DNA of 53,840 nucleotides, taken from positions 1 to 53,840 of the IMG/VR virus record IMGVR_UViG_3300031227_000060; one strand, 5' to 3'. Positions within the stretch are counted from its first letter, which is position 1. Each line of letters begins with the position of its first letter. The notes under the pieces were generated by a model. It worked only from the letters and a program-made list of their open reading frames with translations. It did no database searches and had not been told where the DNA came from. Source of the DNA: a virus (lineage: Duplodnaviria; Caudoviricetes). Below, in pieces: positions 19,610-29,024 of the stretch. The position numbers and the translations under genes are program-made.

Positions 19610-20068
19610 TTAGTAAAGTCGCTCATAAGCTTTTGACCCCGCATAAGAACCATCCTCCAGAAAGTTAAGTTGCTTAACAGAAAAACCTTCTGTCTTCATG
19701 GCTCTTTTTATTTGTAGAGTGTTTTGTCTTACTGAAACAGTCAGCCCGGTAGCTTTACATTCAATCTCGAATCCGTCCTTGATTAACATAACCGGGCCAG
19801 TTCCTTCGTCGTGTTCTATTGCATCGATAGAGTGATTTGGATCTATCTTGTCAAGAACCCAATCTGTCGCTTTAGAGAACGGCATTCTCCACGGTATTTT
19901 TCCGCCATGGGCTTGCTTCACCTTTCCGAGTTGAGACGATATGGTTTCGTCGTGATGTCCTCCCAGGAAAGCGTGTCCAAGCTGGTCAAAGGCCAGGAGT
20001 AGGTTCATAACGTATGAAGGTTTTTTGTTGTTGTCGTTCACACTATCGGTATATTTGTAGTTTTTCAT
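19610..20068 (-). CDS. Hypothetical phage protein
   Basis: NLLLAFDQLGHAFLGG..DETISS..G motif. Confidence 0.6.
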   Translation of the reverse strand: MKNYKYTDSVNDNNKKPSYVMNLLLAFDQLGHAFLGGHHDETISSQLGKVKQAHGGKIPWRMPFSKATDWVLDKIDPNHSIDAIEHDEGTGPVMLIKDGFEIECKATGLTVSVRQNTLQIKRAMKTEGFSVKQLNFLEDGSYAGSKAYERLY

Positions 20069-20634
20069 TCAAGCCCTTCCTTGAACGCCTGAACGCCGAC
20101 TTTAGCAAGTGCCATATCAAGAGTGTTTACGTCAAGTTCGACTGATATTTTGAGCTTTTTTGCAAGCCGTTCGGTAACGCTCCGAATTTCAGGATCTTTA
20201 ATGTATTTCGATAGGTCTGCAAGCGCGTCTCGAAGCGCAGTTCCAATATACTCCGGATCGTCGGAATTTAATATCAGGTCGCAGACCCTGTTTGCATGAC
20301 CGATGTATTCAGGATGCTGTTTCTTAAACTTTGAACCGAGTTCATAGCCGATAGCGTCAATAACAGCTTCTTGAGTTTCTATGCTTACACCAGTGTCTTT
20401 AATGAGTTTGTTAAACTGAGTGCAGCCCGAGAATACGACGAACATTGACAAGATAAGAATCGGAATTGTTTTCTTTTTTGAAGCCTTTACCACTCCACGA
20501 TATAAAAGCGTGATAAGGTCTGCTTCGGGGCCTCCGAACTTATTAATGTATTTTGTGATTGTGTTGGCGATAAGACCGAAAAGAATGCCTGATACTTCAG
20601 GATTTGCCGCAATCCATAACGCTACTGCTTCCAT
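20065..20634 (-). CDS. Membrane protein with an internal lipobox-like motif (probable start 20634)
   Basis: AAGGAGG RBS; N-terminal hydrophobic segment, then KKKTIPILILSMFVVFSGC. Confidence 0.6.
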   Translation of the reverse strand: MEAVALWIAANPEVSGILFGLIANTITKYINKFGGPEADLITLLYRGVVKASKKKTIPILILSMFVVFSGCTQFNKLIKDTGVSIETQEAVIDAIGYELGSKFKKQHPEYIGHANRVCDLILNSDDPEYIGTALRDALADLSKYIKDPEIRSVTERLAKKLKISVELDVNTLDMALAKVGVQAFKEGLE

Positions 20635-20732
20635 AATAGCCTCCTTGTGGTTAGCTCCTTGATATGACTTGGGGCCTTCAGGCGTGAGCCCAAAAGCCCC
20701 GAGCCTCAAGGAGAATAATGGAAATAAAGCCT

Positions 20733-20761
20733 ATCATACTTCGTATATTGCATTATAGCAA
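20733..20761 (-). promoter_or_regulatory. Sigma70-type promoter
   Basis: TTGCTA-17bp-TATGAT on the minus strand, in an intergenic gap. Confidence 0.55.
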
Positions 20762-20768
20762 GATAATT

Positions 20769-21251
20769 TTAGCTCTTACGACCCACCACTAAATATTTCT
20801 TGCCAAGTTCAGCGTTTTGAAGTTTTTCATCCCAATGTGGTATTAAAACATCTTCTTCCGGAATGCACGAATAACATCCCAATGAAACGTCATGTGTTGG
20901 TTTATGCCATAGTTTTCCATCAATCCATTCCCATAAATAAACACGAATATAATAAGCATTACCAACACCGCCTACACATGAACTTATCGGTTCGCGCTTA
21001 TATATTAAACTCCCGCCCTTAGACCACGCGAGATTATCAATCGCCGTTATTTGACAATTTTCGTATTCTCCTAACTTTTCTGATATTTGTTGTATGATAG
21101 GGCTGACTGTATTCGCCATGTTTAAAAGCTTTCGATTTTTTAAATAACTTATTTTATTTCCTTTTTCTTTTACTACGCCCTCCTGGTAATAAAGTAAAAA
21201 AACGGCTGCTGCACCCACAATAGCACCAATTAAAAACGATTTAAACCTCAT
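20769..21251 (-). CDS. Hypothetical protein with N-terminal membrane anchor
   Basis: GGGGGAG RBS; FLIGAIVGAAAVFLLYY. Confidence 0.6.
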   Translation of the reverse strand: MRFKSFLIGAIVGAAAVFLLYYQEGVVKEKGNKISYLKNRKLLNMANTVSPIIQQISEKLGEYENCQITAIDNLAWSKGGSLIYKREPISSCVGGVGNAYYIRVYLWEWIDGKLWHKPTHDVSLGCYSCIPEEDVLIPHWDEKLQNAELGKKYLVVGRKS

Positions 21252-21268
21252 ATAACTCCCCCTTTCGG

Positions 21269-21499
21269 CTACTTACCCAGGCTCGGGTTCTCTATCTTCC
21301 ACATTACAACCTCATCCACTCGCGCACCAGCCTTAACCCATGATTGTAATTTGCTCATACATTGGCGTTTTGTTATGTCTATGGGGCGCGTGAACTGAAT
21401 CAATCTGCCCTGTTTATAAGCCTGCATGATCGCTTTTCTGTTTTTAACCTTTGTTATTTTTAACGGATTAAATATCCGGTCGTTTTTTCTGTTATTCAT
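21269..21499 (-). CDS. Hypothetical protein
   Basis: ATGA coupling with the upstream gene. Confidence 0.5.
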   Translation of the reverse strand: MNNRKNDRIFNPLKITKVKNRKAIMQAYKQGRLIQFTRPIDITKRQCMSKLQSWVKAGARVDEVVMWKIENPSLGK

Positions 21500-21786
21500 A
21501 GCTTTCTCCTTCTTCGGCTCGCAGCGATCCCAATCAATCCGGCTCCCAGTAAAAACATTGTGGCTGGTTCTGGAACCGGAGCAGGGGCTTCAACCTCTGT
21601 GAAAATATATACTGGTGTGGACACAGGGCTACATAATGACTCAGAGACAACTTCTGTAATAGCCGGAAACATATACACATCCAGCTTGACCGGCTCAAAA
21701 ACATCCTGGTCAGACAGCCCGGTAAATGGTACGGCTGACACTGAAATCGGCATTAAAACAATGAATATAATTATTAAAGTTTTCAT
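21496..21786 (-). CDS. PEP-CTERM sorting-domain protein
   Basis: Signal peptide ending SVSA; C-terminal VPEPATMFLLGAGLIGIAASRRRRKL (PEP, TM, basic tail). Confidence 0.9.
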   Translation of the reverse strand: MKTLIIIFIVLMPISVSAVPFTGLSDQDVFEPVKLDVYMFPAITEVVSESLCSPVSTPVYIFTEVEAPAPVPEPATMFLLGAGLIGIAASRRRRKL

Positions 21787-21881
21787 GCTATTCTCCTGTT
21801 TGATTGATAAAGGGCTCGGCCCGAACCAAGCCCTTTCCGTTTAATTTCTCGACTTGAAAATGTTTTTATTTCATATTGGCA

Positions 21882-22184
21882 TCACCTCCCCTTTTTCTTT
21901 ATAGGTATTGCCTCATTTAGCTTGTCGAAAAACTCAATAGAAACCGAGCACAGATCCTTCACTTGGCCCAACAGCTTATTGGCCGCGTGGAGCTTAAACC
22001 CCGCTTTTTCTTCCAACTCCATTACCCTTTTGCCGATTCTGTCAGCATATCGCACTTTCGCAATGTCGATGTTATCAAGTGTGGTTATGTTGATAATATC
22101 TTCCCTAACCTCTTCTTTGAGGTCACGGAACATTTTTTCAAGAGCCTCTATCCTTTTTGTTAGTTTCTTAAACGGGTTCCACAT
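21882..22184 (-). CDS. Hypothetical coiled-coil protein
   Basis: AGGAGG RBS. Confidence 0.6.
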   Translation of the reverse strand: MWNPFKKLTKRIEALEKMFRDLKEEVREDIINITTLDNIDIAKVRYADRIGKRVMELEEKAGFKLHAANKLLGQVKDLCSVSIEFFDKLNEAIPIKKKGR

Positions 22185-22213
22185 TTTTATCCTCCTGTTT
22201 TGTCAAGTGTTAT

Positions 22214-22762
22214 TTACACAATGAGTTTGCGTCTTAACTTTCTGAGCGCCTTCGATTCTATTTGCCTTATTCTCTCTTTATCCACACCTAACACCCTGCC
22301 TATCTCATCAAGTGTTTTGGGACGGTCATCAAAACCGTTCCTTTCCCTAATCACGCATTCTTCTCTTGGAGAAAGTATTGATAATAACTTTCTTGTTTGG
22401 CCTGATTGCTCCCTGTCGAGAATTAATTCCTCTGGATTTTTTATTATATTAGAAAAACACAATGCCTCTTCTTTATTAATTTCTATCTCTCCAATATTTT
22501 TATTTAGCACCTCATGTAAGTGCTGTGGCGGGAATAAATGTGATGGTGGAACATCTAATACGGCTGCTATTTTTTTAATACTTTCTAGGTATTCACCATT
22601 TTTACCATATGGTGTTTGTTTTAAATTAAGAAAATCTCCAACACTTGATTGTGCAACCCCGGAAAGCCTTGAAAGTTCTGCAGCTATACGTATCCCTTTG
22701 TTCTCCATATGTTTTAATAAATAATTGTTTTTAACTTTTAATATTATTCTATAATCTTTCAA
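22214..22762 (-). CDS. XRE-HTH plus sigma70 region 4 fusion regulator
   Basis: [29 protein letters not shown]...[28 protein letters not shown]. Confidence 0.85.
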   Translation of the reverse strand: MKDYRIILKVKNNYLLKHMENKGIRIAAELSRLSGVAQSSVGDFLNLKQTPYGKNGEYLESIKKIAAVLDVPPSHLFPPQHLHEVLNKNIGEIEINKEEALCFSNIIKNPEELILDREQSGQTRKLLSILSPREECVIRERNGFDDRPKTLDEIGRVLGVDKERIRQIESKALRKLRRKLIV

Positions 22763-23879
22763 TTATTTCCCTTTCTTTCATATCCACCATCGCAGCATAC
22801 GTCATAGCAATCACTATTATAGGCGCAATCCTCATAGGAAAGTTAGGAACGCAATTAGCCGCAATAATGACTAATCCTGTCACCGGGATAATATTTTTAT
22901 AGTTCGCCTTTATCAATAAATTAACCAAATACCCAAATATTAAAAGAACGCCTATCCAACCCTGATCATAAAGCACTTCAAAATATTCGTTATGAACATG
23001 GTCCGAAACCTTGTAATGAAATCGATGTCCTGGCGGGTGCATTCTTACATTCTCGGCTTTCCACGCCCCTATACCATGACCAAACACAGGGGACTCGAGG
23101 GACATATTATAAGCCCTGGTCCATCTTAGGTGCCTCTGAAGATTAGGATTATCGATAAACTTCCAGTAAAGACCGAGACTTGTTGATAAAATAAGTATCA
23201 CGGCAAGAGGAATAATCCAGGGCTTTGTGGTAAAAGGTAACCTATTACCAATTTTATATCTCATAAAGTAAACATAAAAGACCACACCTACCGCAAGGGC
23301 TAAAATGCCGCCATAGGTTTTGGCTATTACCATACAAATGATCACCACAGGAATTAATTTCCAGCTTCGTTTATAAAAAAACGCCGGTAAGCAGGCAGCT
23401 AAAAACGCAGACTGCATGTTTTGATTGCCGAAAAGTCCTATCTTTCCATCAGTCTTGAGAAAAAGACTCCATCCGGACGCTTCCAAAATTATCGGAAATA
23501 AATAATACATGAACAATGAAACGCCTATAGTGAAATATGCTGAAATTCGGATAGCTTTTAATAAAGATTCGGTCTTGGGTTTTACAACACATATTATGTA
23601 ATAGAATCCGATAGCAGCCGTAACATACCCCAGTGAGGCCATGGTCGCGTCTGAATTGGATATAAATAGCTGAACAGCGCATAATCCCAAAAAGACCGCT
23701 ATCCAGCGATTGTACCCCCATATAAACGGACAAAAACACGCCAAGCAGCATAAAACCAATACGGTCAACATAGAGAGTCTGAAATCGACACCAAACCAGA
23801 AAGGATTTATACCATGTTCGGATATTGGAATTCTTATAACACAAATTAAAACTATTATGATCGGGATTAGTTTTTTCAT
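22749..23879 (-). CDS. O-antigen ligase / O-oligosaccharyltransferase family (Wzy_C) membrane protein
   Basis: Many TM segments; [18 protein letters not shown]...[17 protein letters not shown] loop motif. Confidence 0.85.
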   Translation of the reverse strand: MKKLIPIIIVLICVIRIPISEHGINPFWFGVDFRLSMLTVLVLCCLACFCPFIWGYNRWIAVFLGLCAVQLFISNSDATMASLGYVTAAIGFYYIICVVKPKTESLLKAIRISAYFTIGVSLFMYYLFPIILEASGWSLFLKTDGKIGLFGNQNMQSAFLAACLPAFFYKRSWKLIPVVIICMVIAKTYGGILALAVGVVFYVYFMRYKIGNRLPFTTKPWIIPLAVILILSTSLGLYWKFIDNPNLQRHLRWTRAYNMSLESPVFGHGIGAWKAENVRMHPPGHRFHYKVSDHVHNEYFEVLYDQGWIGVLLIFGYLVNLLIKANYKNIIPVTGLVIIAANCVPNFPMRIAPIIVIAMTYAAMVDMKEREIIERL

Positions 23880-24508
23880 TTTCCACTCCTGAGATATTTC
23901 CACTTCCAATTTGAAGTTATTTGTTTTATAACACTTTCTGGCACATCATAAATATCACATTCGGAATAAACCGGGCCAGTTAACCTATTGCCTAAATCAT
24001 CACCTTCTGTCCCGATAAAGACATATTTTTCAGCGTCTACCTGACACAACATAGCTTCTTCACCATCAACCATAAACCTATCGCCTATTCCATACGTCCT
24101 CTCGCTGGCCGAGATAAACTTATTATTAATAAGCCAGTCGAGCCAGCATTGAGGTTTATTGGCTTGGATATGTTTTAATATCCTCGCGGTGTCTGTGATG
24201 CGGCCGGAATAAAATTCCTTTACATAGTACAATATTCCTTCGTCTGGACAATCAGCTTTTTTTAATGTAAGTAGGTTTATTTCCTTCAATATTTTATACT
24301 TCATGTCTCCTCCTTTTGGTGGCCACGCATCACAGGCCGAATATAAATTTGCGCCATACACACATAAATTATATATTTTACATGTGGCGCAACTCTTTTC
24401 CTCCTTTGGTTTCCAATTAATACAATTATCATTCTTGTCATTGGTGGTGGTGCATGCCGGTGTCCCCTTCCCATTATACCTGCAATTAGAACATACCTTT
24501 TCCATCAT
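23876..24508 (-). CDS. Hypothetical protein with two N-terminal Cys4 repeats
   Basis: CSNC..C..CINW and CATC..C..CDAW. Confidence 0.6.
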   Translation of the reverse strand: MMEKVCSNCRYNGKGTPACTTTNDKNDNCINWKPKEEKSCATCKIYNLCVYGANLYSACDAWPPKGGDMKYKILKEINLLTLKKADCPDEGILYYVKEFYSGRITDTARILKHIQANKPQCWLDWLINNKFISASERTYGIGDRFMVDGEEAMLCQVDAEKYVFIGTEGDDLGNRLTGPVYSECDIYDVPESVIKQITSNWKWKYLRSGK

Positions 24509-24735
24509 TCCCCCTCAGTGTTGAGCAGTTTTTCTGCTCGCTTTGCTAATTCTCGATATCTATAGAGAATTTGTGTTACGGACAGTATTTTATCATCTCT
24601 GTGTTTTACAACTAAACCATTTGTGAAAAGAACCAGGTCTTTAGCCAAGCTCGCAAGCTGCAGATTCTTTTCGTGCTGATGCTGCATTTGAGTTATAAAG
24701 TTTTTCATGGCAAGCCTCCTTGAATAGTTAGCCAA
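24505..24735 (-). CDS. Hypothetical protein
   Basis: Coupled ORF; likely starts at MKNF. Confidence 0.5.
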   Translation of the reverse strand: MANYSRRLAMKNFITQMQHQHEKNLQLASLAKDLVLFTNGLVVKHRDDKILSVTQILYRYRELAKRAEKLLNTEGE

Positions 24736-25142
24736 ACACCCGGATTGTCCTTATCTATCGAATAATACTTATCATTCACCTTGAACGTATATGGAATTAA
24801 ATGACTTGCATCATCGTCCGGTATAAATCTATGAGCAACTAACAAATCACAAATAACCTGCATCATGTTTATTATATCGAACTTCCGCCTTGAATCCCTT
24901 ACGAAATGAAATCCAACCTCAAGAGGAAAATCAGACCGTGAAAAGAACGAACCTACTTCAAGCGCAAAGCTGTTTGGGCTGCGCTTATATTCCTCAACTT
25001 CTCTTTTTTGCATAGAATATGACTTGACACCTATCTGTCTGAGATACTTTGAGACAGTTTTCGAATGAAATATTCCACGCTCGGTCTTAATTTTACTATT
25101 TTTAGAGGATGGAACATTGCCTGATATGAATATTTGTTTCAT
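24705..25142 (-). CDS. RusA-like Holliday junction resolvase
   Basis: GNVPSSKN; RRKFDIIN...ICDLLV...IPDDD. Confidence 0.7.
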   Translation of the reverse strand: MKQIFISGNVPSSKNSKIKTERGIFHSKTVSKYLRQIGVKSYSMQKREVEEYKRSPNSFALEVGSFFSRSDFPLEVGFHFVRDSRRKFDIINMMQVICDLLVAHRFIPDDDASHLIPYTFKVNDKYYSIDKDNPGVWLTIQGGLP

Positions 25143-25303
25143 ATCACCCTCCAATCCCATCAATAAGATTCTTTATTTTTATCATTTCCCTGCCTCATCC
25201 GGAATATTCTCATTAACCTTCCCATATTTTTTAAACTGCTTTTTGTTCTGCTTTTTAATTAACGCCTTATACCGTTCTCTTAGTTCTTCTAGTGATGGTT
25301 GCT

Positions 25304-27490
25304 TCATTTATCAAGCCTCTTTTTGTTTAATTTTTGTAATATTCCAGATATCTGAAAGAAATACCCTGACTCACTTAAAAACGGCTTCTTGTTACTGTCA
25401 GCTGACATCCTTAAAAGTTCGGCTTGGACATCTATATTTGTAAATTCATCAGCCCAATTCAAAGCTGCGGCTTCTCTAACGCAAACCTGATTCCCATCTT
25501 TAGACATAAATGTAAAATCATTATCGCCCAAAGGTTTTCTTCTTATACTCTCATATTCAGCGATACATTTTTGACGGTCTATCTTGCGCGATAGTGTCCA
25601 ATCGTTTAAAGGTTGAATAATACAACCGTTTGAGAGTTTAAAATGAATTTCATGGTTTAATAGATTTTTATTTCGCCATTCTTTTAACTTCGTAATCTTC
25701 AACGCACAGATTATATCATTTCCAACCAGCGCCATAAAATCAAGTGTCATATATAGCCGAGCTTTCTCTTGGGTCGCCTCACCACCCCTTGCGAATTCAC
25801 TACCTTTTTTCTTTTGTATATTAAGAAAAACAACACCTTCACCAAGAGAATCATAAATATCCCTGATCGAACTCGCTATTTTAAAATATTCACCTTCGAT
25901 TTCTTCTAAAAAATCTATACAGGTCAAACCGTCTTGGTTGTGATGTTCGATAACTCCGTCAAAACCATAACTTTTATCAGCAGCCTTAACACAATCCCAA
26001 TCTGATAGTGGTAATTTAAAAGACATAATTCTGGATTTATATTCACTTAAACCCATTTCTGAAAACAAATATATTTTTTCATATTTTTGTTTAAGATTAA
26101 GTTTTAATATATTCAGTGCAAGGGCGGTCTTCCCAGCATTTCCAGATCCGGCGCAAACAATCATTGCCTTGCGTGGAATTTTCACATAGTCGTGCAGGTT
26201 GAATGGTAAAATAATAGAAAAAGATTTTTCCTCAACAGCGTGAAGATTTACAAACTCAACCTGTGTGTCGAGAATATGGTACTTTCCTTTTATTCGTTTA
26301 TCCCTTCTAACTAATTTATTTTCTATATATACAGTGAGGCATTTTGAACGATTCTTTTTTTCGTTGCGAGATGTAAGACAAAACTCTCTATCAAGTTGTT
26401 CTGTGGTGAAAGAACCAGTTGAATTTGTTATCCATTCTCTTATATGAGCTGCTAAGTTTTGTGGGCCGGTGTCTGGATGTGGGCTGTCGCCCTTGTCTAC
26501 TTCTTGTCGCCCTACGTCGCCATCTGTCCCCTCATGCCGTCGTTTGTCTACTCCGTCTACCTTGTCTACCTTGTCTACATCCCAATAATCATTATTTTCT
26601 TCTCTTTTCGCATACTTAGGATTTTCTTCGATAGTTATAGGGCTTTGTTTGCCTGATGCAATACCATCCCTAACCGTTTTCATAGCTTCAGATACTTTCT
26701 TAGCGCCCGAATCAATAACGGCCTGCTCAAGTGCTGAAAGTGCCTCAGATTCATTTACAACACTTCCTATAAATCCACCTATTAAATATGCTTTTCGAAG
26801 TCTAATAGCATGTTGTTCCCCAGGCTGGCTATTTCTTATCTCATCACAGGCGGTTTCAATAACCTTACGACCATATTTTTCTTGCCAGCCATTATTTCGA
26901 TTTTCTGGTAAAATATATTCAGGCAGGCCATTGCTTGTCCATTTTTTTATATTAAAGTAATACGGATCTGAATTAATAAATAATTTAGGATCGTGAGATA
27001 TGAACGTGAGCCTTGAAATATCTTTACAGGCAGGGTCTATTTTGATGTTGTAGACACTTTTAAAGTAATGCTCTATTGCTGCGTATAGTTTTTTAATGTC
27101 TTCATCTGTGGCTATAGCCTTTGCTCTGATACCACATTTTATCCCATTGCCGGACGGAGAACGGAAAGCGAACCATATATTTTCATCCTGGCTTAATAGA
27201 TTAAAAACCGATTCAACATTATCAATATGGTCAATATCAGGAATTATGAAGCCTGTGGTGGATTGAATATTTCCTTTTTCTCGATTATCCTTAAATTCTC
27301 CACAAAACGTCACAGCAGGAAGTTTTGTTTTAAATTCTCTATATTTCACAGGGTCAGTAAATCCACGACATTTTTCAATAACTGATTTATATTTGTCTGA
27401 TTTTATATTTTCTAAAACGGTGAGCCAATCCGTTGACTCGGTTGGAATAGGATTTTTAGCACCCTTGAACACAGACACAGTTTCAATCAT
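25304..27490 (-). CDS. Replication protein: VirE-N/BT4734-like primase domain plus C-terminal P-loop helicase-like domain
   Basis: KTKLPAVTFCG, IPDIDH, FRSPSGNGIK, DPACKDISRLTFISHDP; Walker A AGSGNAGKT; CIDFLE. Confidence 0.8.
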   Translation of the reverse strand: MIETVSVFKGAKNPIPTESTDWLTVLENIKSDKYKSVIEKCRGFTDPVKYREFKTKLPAVTFCGEFKDNREKGNIQSTTGFIIPDIDHIDNVESVFNLLSQDENIWFAFRSPSGNGIKCGIRAKAIATDEDIKKLYAAIEHYFKSVYNIKIDPACKDISRLTFISHDPKLFINSDPYYFNIKKWTSNGLPEYILPENRNNGWQEKYGRKVIETACDEIRNSQPGEQHAIRLRKAYLIGGFIGSVVNESEALSALEQAVIDSGAKKVSEAMKTVRDGIASGKQSPITIEENPKYAKREENNDYWDVDKVDKVDGVDKRRHEGTDGDVGRQEVDKGDSPHPDTGPQNLAAHIREWITNSTGSFTTEQLDREFCLTSRNEKKNRSKCLTVYIENKLVRRDKRIKGKYHILDTQVEFVNLHAVEEKSFSIILPFNLHDYVKIPRKAMIVCAGSGNAGKTALALNILKLNLKQKYEKIYLFSEMGLSEYKSRIMSFKLPLSDWDCVKAADKSYGFDGVIEHHNQDGLTCIDFLEEIEGEYFKIASSIRDIYDSLGEGVVFLNIQKKKGSEFARGGEATQEKARLYMTLDFMALVGNDIICALKITKLKEWRNKNLLNHEIHFKLSNGCIIQPLNDWTLSRKIDRQKCIAEYESIRRKPLGDNDFTFMSKDGNQVCVREAAALNWADEFTNIDVQAELLRMSADSNKKPFLSESGYFFQISGILQKLNKKRLDK
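26484..26580. repeat. Short tandem repeats (TTGTCTAC, 9-bp period) inside the replication gene; candidate iterons
   Basis: Four copies at 26544-26578 (one variant CCGTCTAC), one at 26493, plus GTCGCC copies. Confidence 0.65.
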
Positions 27491-27577
27491 CTTGCAACCT
27501 ATCGACTATTCTTGATATATAGTCATTATATGGTAGCGCTGTAAGAATCGCTATTAGTATTTTAGATATAAACTTTT

Positions 27578-27742
27578 TCACATCACCTCTATCAACGCAT
27601 CATTCTTTTTCATCTCAGCCTCAAGAGCCGCCTCACAAACTTTGTATTCATCCGCAAACCTTGAGTCTCTGTATAAAAGTTTGAGCCGGTAGAGATAGTT
27701 CTTTAACCGCAGATTTTTAAGTTTTAGGTCTAATTTTTTCAT
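27578..27742 (-). CDS. Hypothetical protein (probable start 27742)
   Basis: GGGAGG RBS before MKKLDLK. Confidence 0.5.
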   Translation of the reverse strand: MKKLDLKLKNLRLKNYLYRLKLLYRDSRFADEYKVCEAALEAEMKKNDALIEVM

Positions 27743-27759
27743 TGGATTATATACCTCCC

Positions 27760-27799
27760 AAAAAAACAAAAGGCCCGAAGCGGTTAACTCCGAGCCTTG
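27760..27799 (-). terminator. Terminator-like hairpin
   Basis: AAGGCTCGGAG...CTTCGGGCCTT followed by TTGTTTTTT. Confidence 0.55.
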
Positions 27800-27946
27800 A
27801 GTAATTCTGATATCGAGTGGATTGACCTTTGACGAGGTTCCCCGCCTCACGGTTATAGGGCAACTCAATACCAAATTGTATTTTCATTTTGTCAGTTTCA
27901 ATCATACCCATATCTTATATCCTGTAATTTGAAAGTCAAGGGTTAT

Positions 27947-28222
27947 TTAATGGCATTCACACAATCCGCCATTAAAAGCATACGGGCCAAGCTCACCCAT
28001 AGGGTCGTCATTATTATAATGCTCACCAGGAACACCATACCAATTTTCTCCGTCGCCACAGCAATCACAGACTTGAACATCATGGTCGTTATGTTCTTTA
28101 ATCCATTTTAAAATTTCGTTTTCATCAGAGCAATCACAGACATCTTCACCATAAAACTCAGAATCTATCTGATTAAGATTTAAGAATCCTGTACAATCAC
28201 ATCTTGTGCAATTTTGACTCAT
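27947..28222 (-). CDS. Cys-rich acidic hypothetical protein
   Basis: CTRCDC, CDC, CDCC, CECH. Confidence 0.55.
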   Translation of the reverse strand: MSQNCTRCDCTGFLNLNQIDSEFYGEDVCDCSDENEILKWIKEHNDHDVQVCDCCGDGENWYGVPGEHYNNDDPMGELGPYAFNGGLCECH

Positions 28223-28354
28223 ATCCCTACCCCCGTTATCTTCGCAGTCTTTAAATAATCTTTCAAGTGTGGTTTTGGCCCAGGCTTCAGGTATTTATCC
28301 AGGTATGCCCTGCCCTGCTTTTGGGCTGCTTTTGCTCGGATCTTTATCATTTCT

Positions 28355-28615
28355 TTACTTGTGGGGAGTTTCTTTTTCATAGTATCCCCTGAAATATGGC
28401 CGGCCTTCCATCTGGCATTTTTTAATAAACTTCTTTAACCTTTGAGACATAGATGATATTTCGCAACCATGACAACGCTGCGGGCCCTCAACAGCACGAC
28501 ATTTCATCAAACCTGCCGTGATGCTCCAACACCACATTAAAACCTCATAATGGGCCTGTGCTGTCCTTAAACTACAGGCGTGAGGTATTAATTTTTCATA
28601 TTCTTCTATTTTCAT
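28355..28615 (-). CDS. Hypothetical protein
   Basis: ORF with AAGGGA RBS. Confidence 0.5.
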   Translation of the reverse strand: MKIEEYEKLIPHACSLRTAQAHYEVLMWCWSITAGLMKCRAVEGPQRCHGCEISSMSQRLKKFIKKCQMEGRPYFRGYYEKETPHK

Positions 28616-28657
28616 AATTTCCCTTTAGTTCCCTTTTACATGGTTTGCGGTTTCTGG

Positions 28658-29008
28658 TCATAATCCTGCCTTATATAATTCGAAGAAAAATACTATGGGC
28701 CTTTCGAATATTTCAATTTGATGAAATCTTAACGCTCTGTCAAACTGAGCGTTTTTTCGCAATCGTGTGACTTGCAATGATAATTCTTTCCGCCATTCTT
28801 CGGGCTTCATGCCACCCTTGTGGATATTGCACTTACGACAAGATGGCATAAGGTTCCCAGGCCTATTATTGTCTAGATCCGGCTGAAAATGAGCAAGGAA
28901 TTGAGGCCAGAAATGATCGACTTGCATTTGTTTAAATTTAATTTCTCTGCCGCAATAAGCACAGTGGCCGTCGTATCTCTCATATACTTTTTGCCGGTCT
29001 ATTTTCAT
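28658..29008 (-). CDS. HNH endonuclease
   Basis: GHCAYCG...MQVDH..P...NLMPSCRKCNIHK. Confidence 0.9.
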   Translation of the reverse strand: MKIDRQKVYERYDGHCAYCGREIKFKQMQVDHFWPQFLAHFQPDLDNNRPGNLMPSCRKCNIHKGGMKPEEWRKELSLQVTRLRKNAQFDRALRFHQIEIFERPIVFFFELYKAGL

Positions 29009-29024
29009 AATCCTGCCGGTATTT

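Noticed and set aside
20736-20766. loxP/dif-like imperfect palindrome ACTTCGTATA-TTGCAT-TATAGCAAGA
   Set aside because: Spacer and right arm match neither loxP nor a XerD arm; no recombinase in the window; it coincides with a promoter, so an operator is more plausible.
26484-26580. CRISPR-like repeats
   Set aside because: Units are 9 bp with no spacers.
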